Of a stretch of DNA of 64,000 nucleotides, positions 11,689 through 24,385 are shown in pieces. Position numbers and translations under genes: made by a program. Each line of letters starts with the position of its first letter. The first letter of the stretch is position 1. This stretch comes from Lama guanicoe (Eukaryota), in NCBI GenBank assembly GCA_013239625.1, contig MU053216.1, positions 62,001 through 126,000 on the forward strand, written 5' to 3'. Under the pieces are notes generated by a model. The model saw only the letters and a program-made list of their open reading frames with translations, did no database searches and was not told where the DNA came from.

Positions 11689-13963
11689 AAAAAAAAAACA
11701 GGGGTCTCAAATGTCTGTAAGCAAGTTTGTGGCAAACCAGCACCGCCTTGCAGACATTTTGGGGGCCAGGCATAGAGATTAGGTGTAGGTCCTGTCTCTT
11801 CAACCTGTTCACCTGTGTGTTTGCCAATCAGCTCTGCTGTGTGTCTGTTAGACAGGGGAGAGGTCTCTGGAGATTCTCATCAGTGAAATGTCTGTACGCA
11901 TGTTCATGGACTCCTCTCACAATTGGGGTTTACTTGAAAACCACAAGAAATAAAGGAGAGGCAGTTTGGGCTTCAAGTTGTACCTACTTGTTTTAGAGTT
12001 TTAGTTGCCCCAGTCGTTTTTCCATTTGCTTCGGTTTGTGCCACGTGATACAGTTATGCAGAAGGCCTGCAACACTGCAAAGATGCTGATACTCCGAGAG
12101 CAAAGGGAAGGGGGGGAGCCAGAGCCTTTCACAAAAGCAGCCCGCCCCTCGTGAGCACGTTGATTGTGCCTGCTGATTAAACCAAGCTGTGATACACAGG
12201 ACTCAGCCTCTCCGAGGCAGAGAAGGGCTCCTAGGCCAGCTTCTCTGCTTGCTTTTCTGAGTTTCAGACCAGATTCCCAGTCGTTCTCACGTGGCAGCCG
12301 TGGCTGATGCCCTGTTGCGTCCTCTGTGCCTGCCCTAGTCTTCGGTACTGCGCTGCTTGCGTACCTGCACGAAGCTGCCCCTTACTTGCTGGTCCCTCCT
12401 GTTTTTACAGCTCCATGAACTGGCACCAGCCGCTTGGTTATCCAACCTCTGTCACCTGTGTGTGTGACCACCACAGTACAGATATCCAGTTAATTTCCAG
12501 GTTGTAGATAGCTTGGCTTTAATTGTTCCAAACCCATTCCTGTATTTTTATTCCCTCGGCTACCACATAGTTCAGACTTTATCTCTTACCCAGACTCAAG
12601 GTTATAGTCTCCTGATAGCCTTACTTCTGCTCTTCTGCCTGCCAATCTGGCCCCTCCATTTTGTCATCAGTTATATTTCTAAACCACAGATAGGGTATTA
12701 CAGTACCTAACATACAGCACATTTTCAGTAAATACTAAAGTTGTTGCTGACCTAACATTCCATAGATTCCCATTGCCCATATTACAAAGTTTGAATTCCT
12801 TAACCTGACATTAAGACCCACGGTGATCTGGGCACACTCTGCCTTTCTGATCTTACTCCTTCACCCTTTTTCCCCAGTATAATGTGCTCCAACCACAATG
12901 GTCTGCTGGCCATTCCTTAATTTGTTCTCACACACTGTTCCTTCTATCTAAAGTAACCTTGCTCTCCTGACAAAGTCCTAGTCACCTTTTAATGTCCAAC
13001 TCAAGCGTCACCTGGGTAAAGCCTTTCCTGTCTCCCCGGACAGAATTCCTCCTAACCTCTGCTTCCATCTACTTTGTTCCCTTTCGCATAGTTTGGCCCC
13101 ATCTTCCTGGTGAGTCTATGTTCTCAAGTACAAAGTGCCTACCGATCCTCAGGGTGTATAGCCTATTCTGTAACTGCTAGGAAATGTTGTTTGTGAAGGA
13201 CAAAGTGGAAGAAGAAAAAGTGCAGACGGGGTGGTGGGTAGATGAGATATTAATCCAGGGGCTTGGTTCCCCTGTCCTTCAGGAAGGCAGACCACGTGGG
13301 CAGCACTACAACTAATAAGCCAGAGATCTTAAGACTAATCAGAGTAGTGAAACAACGCCGAGCAGTGGCTTCCTGCCATGCCTGGATCGGTGGACTCGGG
13401 AAGGTAGCCTTCCTTCCTGCACTACAATCCTGTAAGGAAACCGTGGTGGCTCGAGAGTTTAGTTTCTAAAGCGCTTCAACGCCACGTCTTGCCACGTAGT
13501 AAATGGTCAGTGTGATGAGAACAGAGCAGCAACTAAAACTTCAAGCACCTTTTTCCGCCCCAGAGGTATGTGTCCCTGCAAGTCGTGCCCCGTGGGAGCC
13601 GCTGCGGCTGAGACCTGGTGATGAGGGTCTGACCCCGGGTCGTCCCCGTCGTTCACGAGACTAAATGCACACCCGCACTGGACCAGTTTTCACTCAGTGT
13701 AAGGGAAGCCCGGCGCCCAGGTGAGCGTGGGCAGAGGCTGTGTCACATCCGCGAGGCGTCTGTCACAAAGCCATGTCAACACCCAGCCTCCCGTCCGGCG
13801 AAGGGCGGCGGTTGTGCAGTGGCGTCCAGGGCGGGGAAGCGGCGCCTGCGCAGAGAGAGCGCCGCCGGCTCCCGCGCCGCCGCCGAGACTGCGCCTGCGC
13901 AGTGCGGAGAGGTCGCACTGAGACCGCGCCTGCGCATCGCCGGGACGAGGTCTAGGTGGCGGC

Positions 13964-14089
13964 ATGGATCCTGTGGCGCCGCGGAGCGAGCTGGTGTCTG
14001 CCGAGGGCCGGAACCGGAAGGCGGTGCTGTGCCAGCGCTGCGGCTCCCGCGTGCTACAGCCCGGCACCGCGCTCTTCTCCCGCCGGCAG
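13964..14089 (+). CDS. RABIF: RABIF (MSS4, Rab-interacting factor) coding exon 1
   Basis: ggcggcATGG Kozak context; MDPVAPRSELVSAEGRNRKAVLCQRCGSRVLQPGTALFSRRQ|gtgag; first CxxC zinc motif. Confidence 0.96.
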
Positions 14090-14403
14090 GTGAGGCGGCG
14101 CTGCAAGGGACGAGGGAGGGCCGGCGAAGCCGGGTCCCCGCTCGGCCCGGACCCCCAGCCGGACGCTCTCGCCACGAACCCGCCGACCCTCAGCCCTGGC
14201 TCCTGCCTGGGTCCGGATGGCGGCCCCGGGGCGGACACACGGGGACACCCGGCCGGACGCCCGAGCCCCGGAGCCGCGCCTGCAGACCGCGGGGTTCCGA
14301 CGCCGGGCCCTGCAGACTGACTTTCGAGGGCGCCTGAGCGTTACTTCCTCGGGGTCGGGTGCTGGTTCCCGTCGTCCCGCTGTTACCTCTCCGAGCCTCC
14401 CCC

Positions 14404-14548
14404 GGGGAGTGGGCGCGGGGGGAGTGGGCTCAGGGACTCAGAAGGGGGGTGCGCATGGGGACCCGGGTTAGGGAGTGGGCTCAGGGACCTGGGATGGGGA
14501 GTGGGCTCAGGGATCCGGGGCAGGGGGAGTGGGCGGGGGGACCTGGGA
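14404..14548. repeat. Degenerate G-rich minisatellite in RABIF intron
   Basis: About 5 copies of gggagtgggc(tcagggac) with roughly 25-28 nt period. Confidence 0.7.
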
Positions 14549-15569
14549 AGAGAGGGAACGCAGGGGACGTCCTGGGGGCGACCCTCAAGGAGAAGGAGAT
14601 GCGGCCTGAACCCCAAGTGCGCTCGCTCCCCGTCGGTGATCCCAGCCCACCTTGTGGAGTTGTTCACGCTGCTGCACAGGTCCCGCGTCCTTTGTCCCTC
14701 GTCTGGGTCTCCCACACCGGAACTGTGGCATAAGGGACAACTACAGACATTGGGATTTAAGTAAAGGAGTGAAGCTCTCAGTCCATGTAACTAAGGGTTA
14801 GTGCCCACCAATCTGACCGTGCGAAGCTGGTGCCCTCAGTCACCTCAGGGACCGTGTTCCTTTTAAGTCCCGTGAACCGTTTCTGGTATAAAATGTTCAG
14901 ACCCCGAACTCGGTTCTTCGTGAAACCACCTGCAGTCTAGGGCAGAGGAACTTGGAATCAGGCTGAGCAGAGGAGGGTGGACAGCAGCAGGACTTCATAG
15001 TTGTGGAGAGAAGTGTGTTTTCCAGAGCTGAGAAGTTCAGCGTGGCCAGACTAGAGACCAGGTGGAATAAGGTCATTGGAACAGAGGAGAGCGGGAGTGG
15101 GCTCTAGGCTACCTCACCACAGGCTGGGAGCCCAGGAACCAGGTGGGATGTGGGATCAAAGGGAGACTAAGCCAGGTACAGTCAGCCATAACCAGACCGC
15201 CTCAGGTGACCTGTGGAGTCACCACACAGCAGGAACCTAAAAGGAGCAGATGTGCTGGGAGGAGGTGGGAGTACTAACTTGGGAGCAAGGACAGTGGTTC
15301 TGGTCTCCAGATACCCAGTGCGTGGCGTGTCCTGAGGGACCGGTGCCCATGTCCTCAGCAGGAGTCATCTGTCCATGAACACAGGAAAAGGAAACACTCA
15401 ATGAAGAGTTTGAGAACTGGGGAAAGAGAGATGACTAGAGAAGGGAATTGTTGCTTTTTCACCTTTTGGGGAGAGGGGAGTCGTGGCAGGAGTGGGCAGT
15501 GGAAGGTGGGCTCATGGGAGGGAGGGTGGAGCAGTGTTTGGACGAGAGCGTGGGAGCCAGCAGGTGTAC

Positions 15570-15977
15570 TCTGGGCGTTTATCAGGGGGATGAAAATGTG
15601 TTCACATGAGGACCTGAGCATAAGTGTTCACTGCACCTTTATTTGAAATAGCCCAAGTGTCCTACAGGTGAACGATTAACCAACTGTAGTACAGCCTCAC
15701 CATGGGTACCCAGGGAATTATGCTGAATGAAGAAAGCTGGTTCCAAAAGATTACACACTGTGTCATTCCATTTATATGACATCTTTGAATTTTAGAAATA
15801 GAGAACAGATAGGTGATTGCCAGGGGTTAGGAATTGGGGGCTTGGGTGTTCATGAGTGTGGTTATGATGGTTGCACAATAATGTGAATGTACTTAATGCC
15901 ACTGAATTATACACTTAAAAGTGATTTAAATGGTAAATTTTGCATTATGTATAGTTTATCACAATACAAAAAAAAAC
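15570..15977 (+). mobile_element. Old LINE-1 3' end
   Basis: attccatttatatgacat...tgccaggggttagg...aatgtacttaatgccactgaattatacacttaaaa...A-rich end. Confidence 0.7.
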
Positions 15978-16019
15978 AGGAATCAAAGTGGAACACACAT
16001 CTCAGATGTGTTAGGCATC

Positions 16020-16462
16020 TGTTCTGGTTATCTATGGCTGTGTCACAAAATCACCCCAAAACAGTGACTTTAAACATTTATTTTGCTTACAAATTTGGGG
16101 TTGGCTGGGCCCGGTCATAGCTAGGCAGTTCTTATCCAAGGTCTCCCCTGTGGCAGCCATCAGAGGGATCATCGCAAAAGTTTTTCACTCATGTGTCTAC
16201 CTGGGGGAAGACCCAGACACCTGAGCACTGGGACAGGCTTTGATAGGTCACTCCTCACGGTCTCCCCACGTGGTTCTTGCATAGTCACCAAGGCTACAAG
16301 AGCAAGTGATTCAAGAGAAATCAGCAGAAGTGACCTGGCCTTTTCTAACCTAGGCTGTCACTTCCAGCTCGGCCTGCCCAGGCACAAGGGAAGAGGCATG
16401 GTCTCTACATCTTGGTGGAAAGATTGTCAAAGAATTTGTGGACGTGTTTTAAAATCACCACA
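16020..16462. mobile_element. MaLR (MLT1-type) LTR
   Basis: Begins tgttctggttatctatggctgtgtcacaaaatcaccccaaaac and ends tttaaaatcaccaca, resembling MLT1 termini. Confidence 0.65.
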
Positions 16463-18398
16463 AGAAGGGGGAAAATCAGAAAAATTATTGTAACAGGTTT
16501 TATTCTCATCTGGACTGTAGCATGTTTGCCAAGTTTTCTATGAGAATGTACTTTCACAAAGAGAAAGAAAATTTTTTATTTTTAAAAGGGTACCCTTAAC
16601 ACTTCTTGAAAAAAGCAAAAGAGGTGTCACAGAGACAACAGATCCTCCTGAGTTGTGTGGTGGTCTTCATGTCTCAGGAGCGGGGGTGCTGGCTAGGCTC
16701 CTGACTGCAAAGTTAACTTACCTGGTCAGGGATCTGGTACTTTGGCCCCCAACCAGCTGAATTAGCTGCTTCAAAGTAGGTACTAGTTTCTTGATTTCCA
16801 TCCCACTGGTCTATCCAGAAAGCCTCATTGTATCCATGTGTTACATCTGTAGCCTGACCATGGCAGCTGTGCTCTGCTTTGCTGAGATCATGTGCACAGA
16901 TATGGGTCTGACGTACAGGATCCCAGTAAAAATGGGAAGTTGAGGAATAGAGGGAGCAGGACCCTGTGGACCCCTCGAATGAACATTGACAATGGTATTG
17001 TCCTTTAGTCACTAATCAGGGAGGGGGAAGTTCCAGGTCAGAGCCCCCTCCTCCCTGTCAGGGATAGCCTACCGGCATCAGTGGCCCAGAGTCCAAGCTC
17101 CAGGGTCTGTCAAAGCCACGGGCAGCTCTGTGGACCTCTCACTAACATTCTGGAAGGGGCCTACTCATCCTCACAGAGTGTTTACCTGCTTCAGACTGAT
17201 GTGAGTCTAATTTTTTAAGTAGTTTTAAATTGCTTTTATTCCAGTTGCTGATGCCAGGCTAGCACAATAAAGCTGTCCTGTTTTGTTAGAGTGTGGGGAC
17301 ACATCAGCCGTGTGCCATGGGGTGGGATATGCTCAGTGTGTCAGCAGAGCCCGGCAAGGAGCAGGGAACAAGCTGCCCAGCACTGTTTTTGCAGTTGTCT
17401 GGGGCAGCTGCAGTGTGAAAGTAAGCGTGAGGATGAGAGCGGAGGGAGCATGTGCGTGTGCGTGTTTGCGTGTGTCAGGGGCTGTCTCCCAGTGGGTGGG
17501 AAGGCATGTTGATCGGGGGTACGAGCATCCTCGAGATAATATTCCACATTCTGGAACTAGATTTTCCTTCTTAGTGCTCCTTTTATAAGACAAATTCAGC
17601 ATATTCGTAACAGTGATGGAACAGAGCAAAGCCAGGTATCCTGTATTTATTCTTGTAACAGCTGTTCAAGTTCTGCTCTGTACCAGTTGCTGTTCCAGGC
17701 ACTGAGGATGCAGCAGTGAACAAGAAAGGTAGTGGAGGGAGATGCATGGTAAATAACCAAGCCAGTAAACTAATGAGATAATTTCAGAGAACGATGAGTA
17801 GAAAACAAAGGGGGAGTGGCATCCCAAAACTTTTAGGGTGATGAGTATGCTTGTTATCTTGATTGTGGCAAAGGTTCAGGTGTGCAGGACACAAGTGCCA
17901 CAGTTTGTCAGATTGTCCACCCTAAAAATGTGCGGTGTGTCATTTATACCTCAGTAGAGCCATTTCACAGAATAAAAGTACAGTGGAGAGTGTGGGAAGT
18001 TTGCCCAGGGTGTCTGGGCAGGAAAGTCTGAGGAGGCTACCTGTGAGCTGAATGTCAGGAAGGAGCTGGCCTTGCAGGATCTGTGGGCAGAGCAGACCCA
18101 CCTGTTGGGAGAAGGCGAGGAGCTGGCAAGGCTGGAGCACGAGGAGGGGAGATGGGACAGGCGGGCCTGTGGGCCTGGTGAGGGCTGAGTTACCACGGCA
18201 ACCAGTCAGCTCCTCCCTGTCTCCTGGGAACCAGGCCTGGACCAGGGGCGGCAGGGCACTGCTGCGTATCCTAGTCTGTAACTTACAGACAAGCTTGATT
18301 TGTTCTCACCAGGAAGGTGCTGGGGGTCTTAGGGGGCCCAGTGGAGCGGGCAGGCGGGCAGGGTAGGGGCTCAGCTTTGTGTCCCCTTATGTCCACAG

Positions 18399-18644
18399 CT
18401 TTTCCTTCCCTCCATGAGGAAGAAGCCGGCGCTGGCTGATGGCAGCAGCCCCGAGGGTGACCTCCTCCAGGAGCACTGGCTGGTTGACGACATGTTCATC
18501 TTTGAGAACGTGGGCTTCACCAAGGACGTGGGCAACGTGAAGTTCCTCGTCTGCGCAGACTGTGAAATCGGACCCATCGGTTGGCATTGCCTGGACGACA
18601 AGAAGAGTTTCTATGTGGCCTTGGAGCGGGTTTCCCATGAGTAA
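18399..18644 (+). CDS. RABIF: RABIF coding exon 2
   Basis: ccacag|LFLPSMRKKP...FENVGFTKDVGNVKFLVCADCEIGPIGWHCLDDKKSFYVALERVSHE-TAA; joined CDS is 372 nt (123 aa). Confidence 0.97.
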   Translation, partial: LFLPSMRKKPALADGSSPEGDLLQEHWLVDDMFIFENVGFTKDVGNVKFLVCADCEIGPIGWHCLDDKKSFYVALERVSHE

Positions 18645-21600
18645 CAGAGGGGCTCAGCCCCGGCCCCACTATAAAAGCCACTCCCCACGAGAACTGGCGT
18701 CTCTGGGACAACTTTCTCTGCCGCCTTCTCTGTGCTCACGTAATCGTGAGTATCTGCGCCTCATCACACTCACCTTACAGCTGCGAGCTCACTTCGCATC
18801 ATGACATTTCCCAGTCTCCCTTTTCCCCCAGTTTGGGACACAGGGATACTTCCCCAGATCTACCCCCACCCCACTCCGCCCCCAGCCTTCTGCTCTCCTG
18901 CACCCGGGGGCTCCCTTGTTTCTTGCCCTCAGAGAGCAGTGTTCAGCCTTTTAGCCACGATGACATGTGACATCTGGTGCCCTTGTGCTGATGGTTGAAA
19001 TTTACCTTTTTCTCTCTCATTCAAGAAAGCGCATGAGCGTCTCAGAGGGACTTTGCGGTGTGGCTGACTTTATGTGCAGTAATTTATTCTTTCTAAAAGT
19101 AAAGCATTTACAAACTGCAGCATTTAAACCACTAACTGGAAACATTACTTTGGGCACACCTCTGATATCATGTGTGAGGGCCTCTGCACTAGGCAGACAG
19201 TGACTTTTTGTTATGAAGGTCAATGTGACCCTTCTTCCTGCAGATCTTGATGTAGTTTCTCTTCATATGAGCTCCTTACTGCTGTAGCCTCTAAGCTGAA
19301 AATCAGATTTTCAACCCCATCTGTCAGGCACCCCAAGGATAACTCAGCACTGCTGTTTCACAAGGTCTCTGGGAATCAGAGTGGGCTGTAGCAGGGCTGG
19401 GTCATATGTGAGCTTACAGGTTTGTCTTATCTGGACACAGAACTCTTCCTTTGCTCCTAGGAAGGACTTCATTAGTGGATGGTGCCGTACAGACCCTCCT
19501 GTGTGTGGTCCTCACTGAGTGCTGGCTTAGGCTCTGGACCAGCCCAGATGCAGGCTGTCCATCAGATGTCTCTGTGTGTAGCCAGCAGTGCTCCAACAGC
19601 TTGGTGTTCAGTGTGACTTTCAGCTCTCCGTTTCTCTCCTGAGAAGACTCACCATCTCAGAGGGACACAGTGTAGCCAGGTGTCAGGTCCCCTCCTGCCA
19701 CTGCTGCCTCTGAGCCTCAGGACCCCAGAACTGAATGGGGACTAAATGGAGACCTTGCCGACATTCCTTCGCAGCTGTGTCCTGGTTGCTTCCTCCTCCT
19801 CCTCCTCAGAGCTTATTCTGAGGGCTTCCCGACTAATTGTGGGTCTTGGGCACAGTTTTGCAACCAGCCTCCTCTCCAGAAAGGTGGCTTCCTTCCCTGG
19901 CCATACCTTCTGAGCTCTGGCAGAAAATCAGAGAACGCTTTCCCAGACAGACAGTCAGATGTCCATGATTGTGGCATTTGTGAGAACATCCACTCAGGTC
20001 AGGAGGGACAAAACCAAGTAGGTGACCCTTGGACACATGGCCCCTCTTTTCACAAGCCAAACCTCAGCATAGCATTCTAGACCTACTTTTTTTCCCCCTT
20101 TTTTAATCACAGAAGCAACACACATTCACTGCAGATAAATACAAAAATGGGTATAAAAATGTTTTTAATCATTCATATTTCCACTACCCAGAGATTGCTG
20201 CTGATGATAATGTGGTCTCTGTGGTTCTCAGTGTTTTTTATATGTGCTGTATACATAAACATGGAGGGGTTTTTAAACAAACAAAGAGATCATACTGTAC
20301 TCTTTTTCCACTTGACAAAGTACACCTCCCATGTCGGTAGAGACCGTCTCTGCACCACTGCTTTCAGTGCGCCTTGTGCTTCTGTTCTGTCATTTATGTA
20401 AACAGTCCACTGTTAGGTTGTCTCCAGTTCCTCATAAACCATGCAATACAACTTGCAACCTTGTAATTAGATCTGTCCACGCACCCTCATTATCTCCTCA
20501 TTAGCAGTGGGATTGCAGGGTTTGTGCGTCTTCAAGGCTTTGTGGTACCCAGCGAGCTGGCGAACAGCTGCGCTGGTCTGCCTCCTCCAGCTGCTGACAC
20601 TGGTTAGTTACTATCATTAAATGAATATGTTGCCACTTTAATGGGAGGAAAAATAGTATCTTGTTTTAATTTGCATTTATTTTGTTTCTAATGAAATTTT
20701 TATACACTTGTCATTTGTATTTCTTTTCTGAGAATTGCCAAAGATTGTTGCTCCAGTAGCCAAAAATATCGAGTGGTTGGTTATTCTGCCTTTTCTGCTT
20801 GTTTGAAAGAAATAAAGGCATTTAAACAGTGGGAATTAGAATCTTGCATGCCCTTGGGAAGAATATATAATTTGAAACAGCAGAGGAGGGCTGAAACCTG
20901 CACCTTAGGGTTTATCATGGGGTCCATCAGCTGATGGTCACTCAGTGTCTGCTGTGAAATGGGTCTTCTCCACAGCCCCTGCACGTAGGGGCTCTTGTGA
21001 GCTGGGTCATGGTATTGGCCATGGGCAGATGGAGGGAACCCACGCTGGTGGCTATGAGTATCCACATTCCCAAGGCCTTCTTGTTTTGACACAGAATCGG
21101 AGATGGATGGGGGTGGACTGACACTTTGCCTGCTGTCACCCCGGTAAGAGGCTCACCAAGTAACTGCTGTGTGACGTGAGGACTTGTGCTTCTGGTAGTG
21201 GTGAGCTGACCGTCCCACTGAGGGCAGTCAGAAAGGCTGGACAAAATATTTTAAAAGTTCAAAGGCCTCAGAGAGCTAACTGAGTTTGGATAATTACTGG
21301 ACCAGGGCCGCTGGAGATGGAGCTCCTGGGCCTCTGGGGGCACGTTTCCCAACTTGGAGGCGGTAGTTCAGAGGCTAACAGGTAGTTCTGACGGCCTTGC
21401 AGAAGGTGGGGACAGGGCCTGTCAAGGGTGTGGCCCTGGCAACCGTCCCTCCCTTTGCGTTGAGTCCCCTGGTTCTTTGCACCCAGGAGTAAGTGAAGGC
21501 TCTCGTGTCTGCCACCCCACTCCAAAGTCTCAGTCCTGGATATTGGATTAAGATGATCCCAAAGTGCTGGTTTCCCAAGCCTCTGGCATAATAGTTAACA

Positions 21601-22009
21601 AAAACTCTAAAATACCATCCCCCTGAACTTCAGATTGTCTCTACGACAGTTTTGCTGACATAATATCCTGAGTAAGATGTACCCAAGCATATGGGACAAG
21701 ATGACCAAGCCAGTGAGACAAAAGGCCAGGGGAAGAGGCCCATTGTGGCTGGGGACATGCAGCTTCCAGTCAGACCATAAGATAACTGCTGACTCTATAA
21801 AGAAGGGACCGATGTGAAAAAACAAATGAATTCTGGGATGTAAATAAATCCAAAAGCAAAAGTAAGAATTCACTGGAAGGTTTTAAGAGAGGATTAGACA
21901 CAGCTGGGGAGATAAGTAGGGAACTGGAAGCTAGACAGTAGATTTGCAAGCCTGCAGCACAAAACCTTCCACAGAATCACTGAGAGAAGTTAGAGGAAAA
22001 CAAGCAAAT

Positions 22010-22220
22010 TCATGGGGCCGGAAACCTGCAGCCCACAGGCCAGATCATTCAAGCCAGCATCTCATTTACTGGAATTCAGGAGCCTGGGAGTTAAGGATGT
22101 TTTTTACCTTTTTAAAAGGTTATGTAAGTATCTGCATAATATTCTCAATTTTGCCTCTTAGACTACAAAGCCTGAAATATTTGCCTGGCCCTTAAAGAAA
22201 AAAGTTTGCCAACTCCTTGC
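22010..22220. mobile_element. MER58-like hAT DNA transposon remnant
   Basis: gcagcccacaggccagatc ... gcctgaaatatttgcctggcccttaaagaaaaaagtttgccaactcc. Confidence 0.6.
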
Positions 22221-22299
22221 TAATTGTAAATATGTCAACTTTTCCCCAAACTTATGTATATAAATTTAATAAAATCCCAAACAAAAATTGAACAGGAGG

Positions 22300-22430
22300 C
22301 GAGTGGGTATAGCTCAGTGGTAGAGTGAGTGTCTAGCATGCATGAGGTCCTAGGTTCAATCCCCAGTACCTCCATTAAAATAAATAAATAAAAATCCAAT
22401 TACTTCTTCCCCTCAACCAAAAAATTAAAA
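22300..22430 (+). mobile_element. tRNA-derived SINE (Vic-1-like)
   Basis: gggtatagctcagtggtagag...ggtcctaggttcaatccccagtacctcc plus (taaa)n tail. Confidence 0.85.
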
Positions 22431-22811
22431 ATGTTTTTAAAAAAAGGTTTTTTTGTATGTGTGAAATTCAAACTGATTCTAAAAGTTACGTAAGTGCAGA
22501 GGACTAAGAATAGCCAAGACAGCTATGGAGAAAACCAAGATGGGAGAGTTTCTCTATTGGAAAAGCATCATGGTTTGTCACAGGATAGACAGAAGACGAG
22601 TAGAACAAAATCGCTCAGAAGCAGACCTGTGCGTGTGGATGCTTGATTGATGACAAAGGTGGGGTCAGACCTGGAGGGCTTCTGCAATGCTGATAATGTT
22701 CTGCGTTTTGGTTTTTTTTTTTTTCATCTGCTTAGTGGCTGTGTAACAAATTAAATTGTAGAAGTGTCCACCAAATTCACTTCAAGTCTATAGAGATTTA
22801 CTGTTTGTTTA

Positions 22812-22932
22812 CTTTCGGGGGGGTGTAGGTAATAGGTTTACTTATTTATTTTTTGGAGGAGGTGCTAGGGATTGAACCCAGGACCTTGCGCATGCTAGGC
22901 ATGTGCTCTACCACTTGACTATACCCTCCCCC
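22812..22932 (-). mobile_element. tRNA-derived SINE (Vic-1-like)
   Basis: Antisense copy flanked by caagtctatagagattta / caagtctgtagaagttta (degenerate TSD). Confidence 0.85.
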
Positions 22933-23784
22933 AAGTCTGTAGAAGTTTAGAATGCATTTTCCCTCATACAGAAACAGTGTTACCCATGAAGAGTAGCTGG
23001 TAGCCTGTGACACAAAACTGTGCACCCAGAGCATAATATAGTAAATGGTTATAATTTGGGGTGCCAGGAAAAAGTCCTCCACTCACTGAGAGCAGGGTGC
23101 CTCTAAAATCCAGACCTGGCGACCCCAGATAGTCTGTTTTAGATTGGGGGCCAGGATGAACTGTGACCTGAGAGCTGGTAAGGAGATGAAATGTGAGCTG
23201 GGGACACTTGGACCCTAAGCAGGTGAGAGGAGAGTGACTAACTCCCACAGGGTTACACATTATCCCTTCCCCCTTCTGTCCTGAACGGGCTCTGGTATCA
23301 GATGTAGAATTGTGTGGAAATGGGTCTCCATCCTAGGGAGCTGTTGCCCCAGCCAATTTCAAGGTAAGACAACAGGGAAGAAAGTGAGCCCAAAGGCCCC
23401 CAACTTGGGCACCTCTATTAAGGTGACCTCCATTGTAAGTCATTCAGTCATTTGACAGCAGGTACCACCTGTTCAGCCTTAGCACTGGCTCAAGAACAAA
23501 TAGCCTAGACATGGCCCTGGTGTCTCCCTGTTTACCTTGATTCTTCACCTCTCGAACAGGACATTCTTGTTCCCGCAAAGTCTTCTTCTTCTACTCCTCC
23601 CTTGCCCAGACTGACTGGTTATCATTTCAATTCCATGTCATTTAACTGCTGTGCAGTGGGGGAGCATGAGAAGAGAATGCACATAGGAGAAGGATGCAAG
23701 CTTATCAGGATTCCTCAGATGGCCCGAAAACTAGAGCTGACCATGGGCCTTTCCCTCTGATCTTGGGAATATTTCAAATTCCTC

Positions 23785-23901
23785 GGGGGCAGGGAAATAG
23801 CTCAGTGGTACAGTGCGTGCACAAGGTCCCGGGTTCAATCCCCAGCACCGCCATCAAAAATAAATAAATAAATAAACCTGATTACCTTTCCCCAAATAAG
23901 T
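23785..23901 (+). mobile_element. tRNA-derived SINE (Vic-1-like) with small internal deletion
   Basis: tagctcagtggta...gggttcaatccccagcacc; aaattcct on both sides. Confidence 0.8.
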
Positions 23902-23928
23902 AAATTCCTGAAGCTGAGATGAGTGGGG

Positions 23929-24385
23929 TGTGAGAATAAATCAAGGAACCTCATCTTACATAGAGTGGGACGGCTGGAAGGAGGAGCTCTCACGCCCGTG
24001 CCTGGAGCACCAGCAGGAAAAGGGAAGTAAGATGTAGCTTTTCCTCTGGTACTAGGGAGGACGTTTTCCACATAGGAATTTTATCTCCTGCAGAAGGAAG
24101 GGAGGGAGGGAGGAAAGACAGAAGGCAGGAAAGCAAGAAAAAAAGAAGATGATCCCTCCCTTCCCAGCAAGGACACTCTGACCATCATTGGCAGCCAGTG
24201 AGAAACTGTCACAACCTCGGACTCCTGTTCTCCAGTGAACTTTTGCTCAGAATACACCTGCCCGCATCCCTCCTGAACCTGGTAAAAGCAAGCCCTTGCC
24301 TGTCCCAAGTCGCAGTTTTCTGGCAGTCCCAAATAAACCCATTTTGCTGGTAAAATAACTGGGTCTTTTATTTTTGAGGCTCACA
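23929..24385 (+). mobile_element. Probable ERV solo LTR
   Basis: TGTGAG...CTCACA terminal inverted hexamers; AATAAA at about 24332; 457 bp; no clear TSD. Confidence 0.5.

Larger units (their letters stand above)
13570..14720 (+). promoter_or_regulatory. RABIF CpG-island promoter with three NRF1-type motifs
   Basis: High GC and CpG density around the ATG; GCGCCTGCGCA at 13842, 13891 and 13926; GC box gggcgggg near 13829. Confidence 0.85.

Noticed and set aside
14404..14548. Repeat-spacer-like pattern suggesting a CRISPR array
   Set aside because: Mammalian intron, degenerate repeats with short non-unique spacers and no cas genes; it is a minisatellite.
13690..14733. Multiple overlapping ORFs around RABIF exon 1
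   Set aside because: CpG-island artefacts; only 13964-14089 matches RABIF and ends at a canonical donor.
22300..22375. tRNA-like sequence with A and B boxes (also at 3113, 22812, 23785, 40785, 54956, 58034)
   Set aside because: Followed by A-rich tails and flanked by TSDs, in multiple diverged copies; these are SINEs, not tRNA genes.
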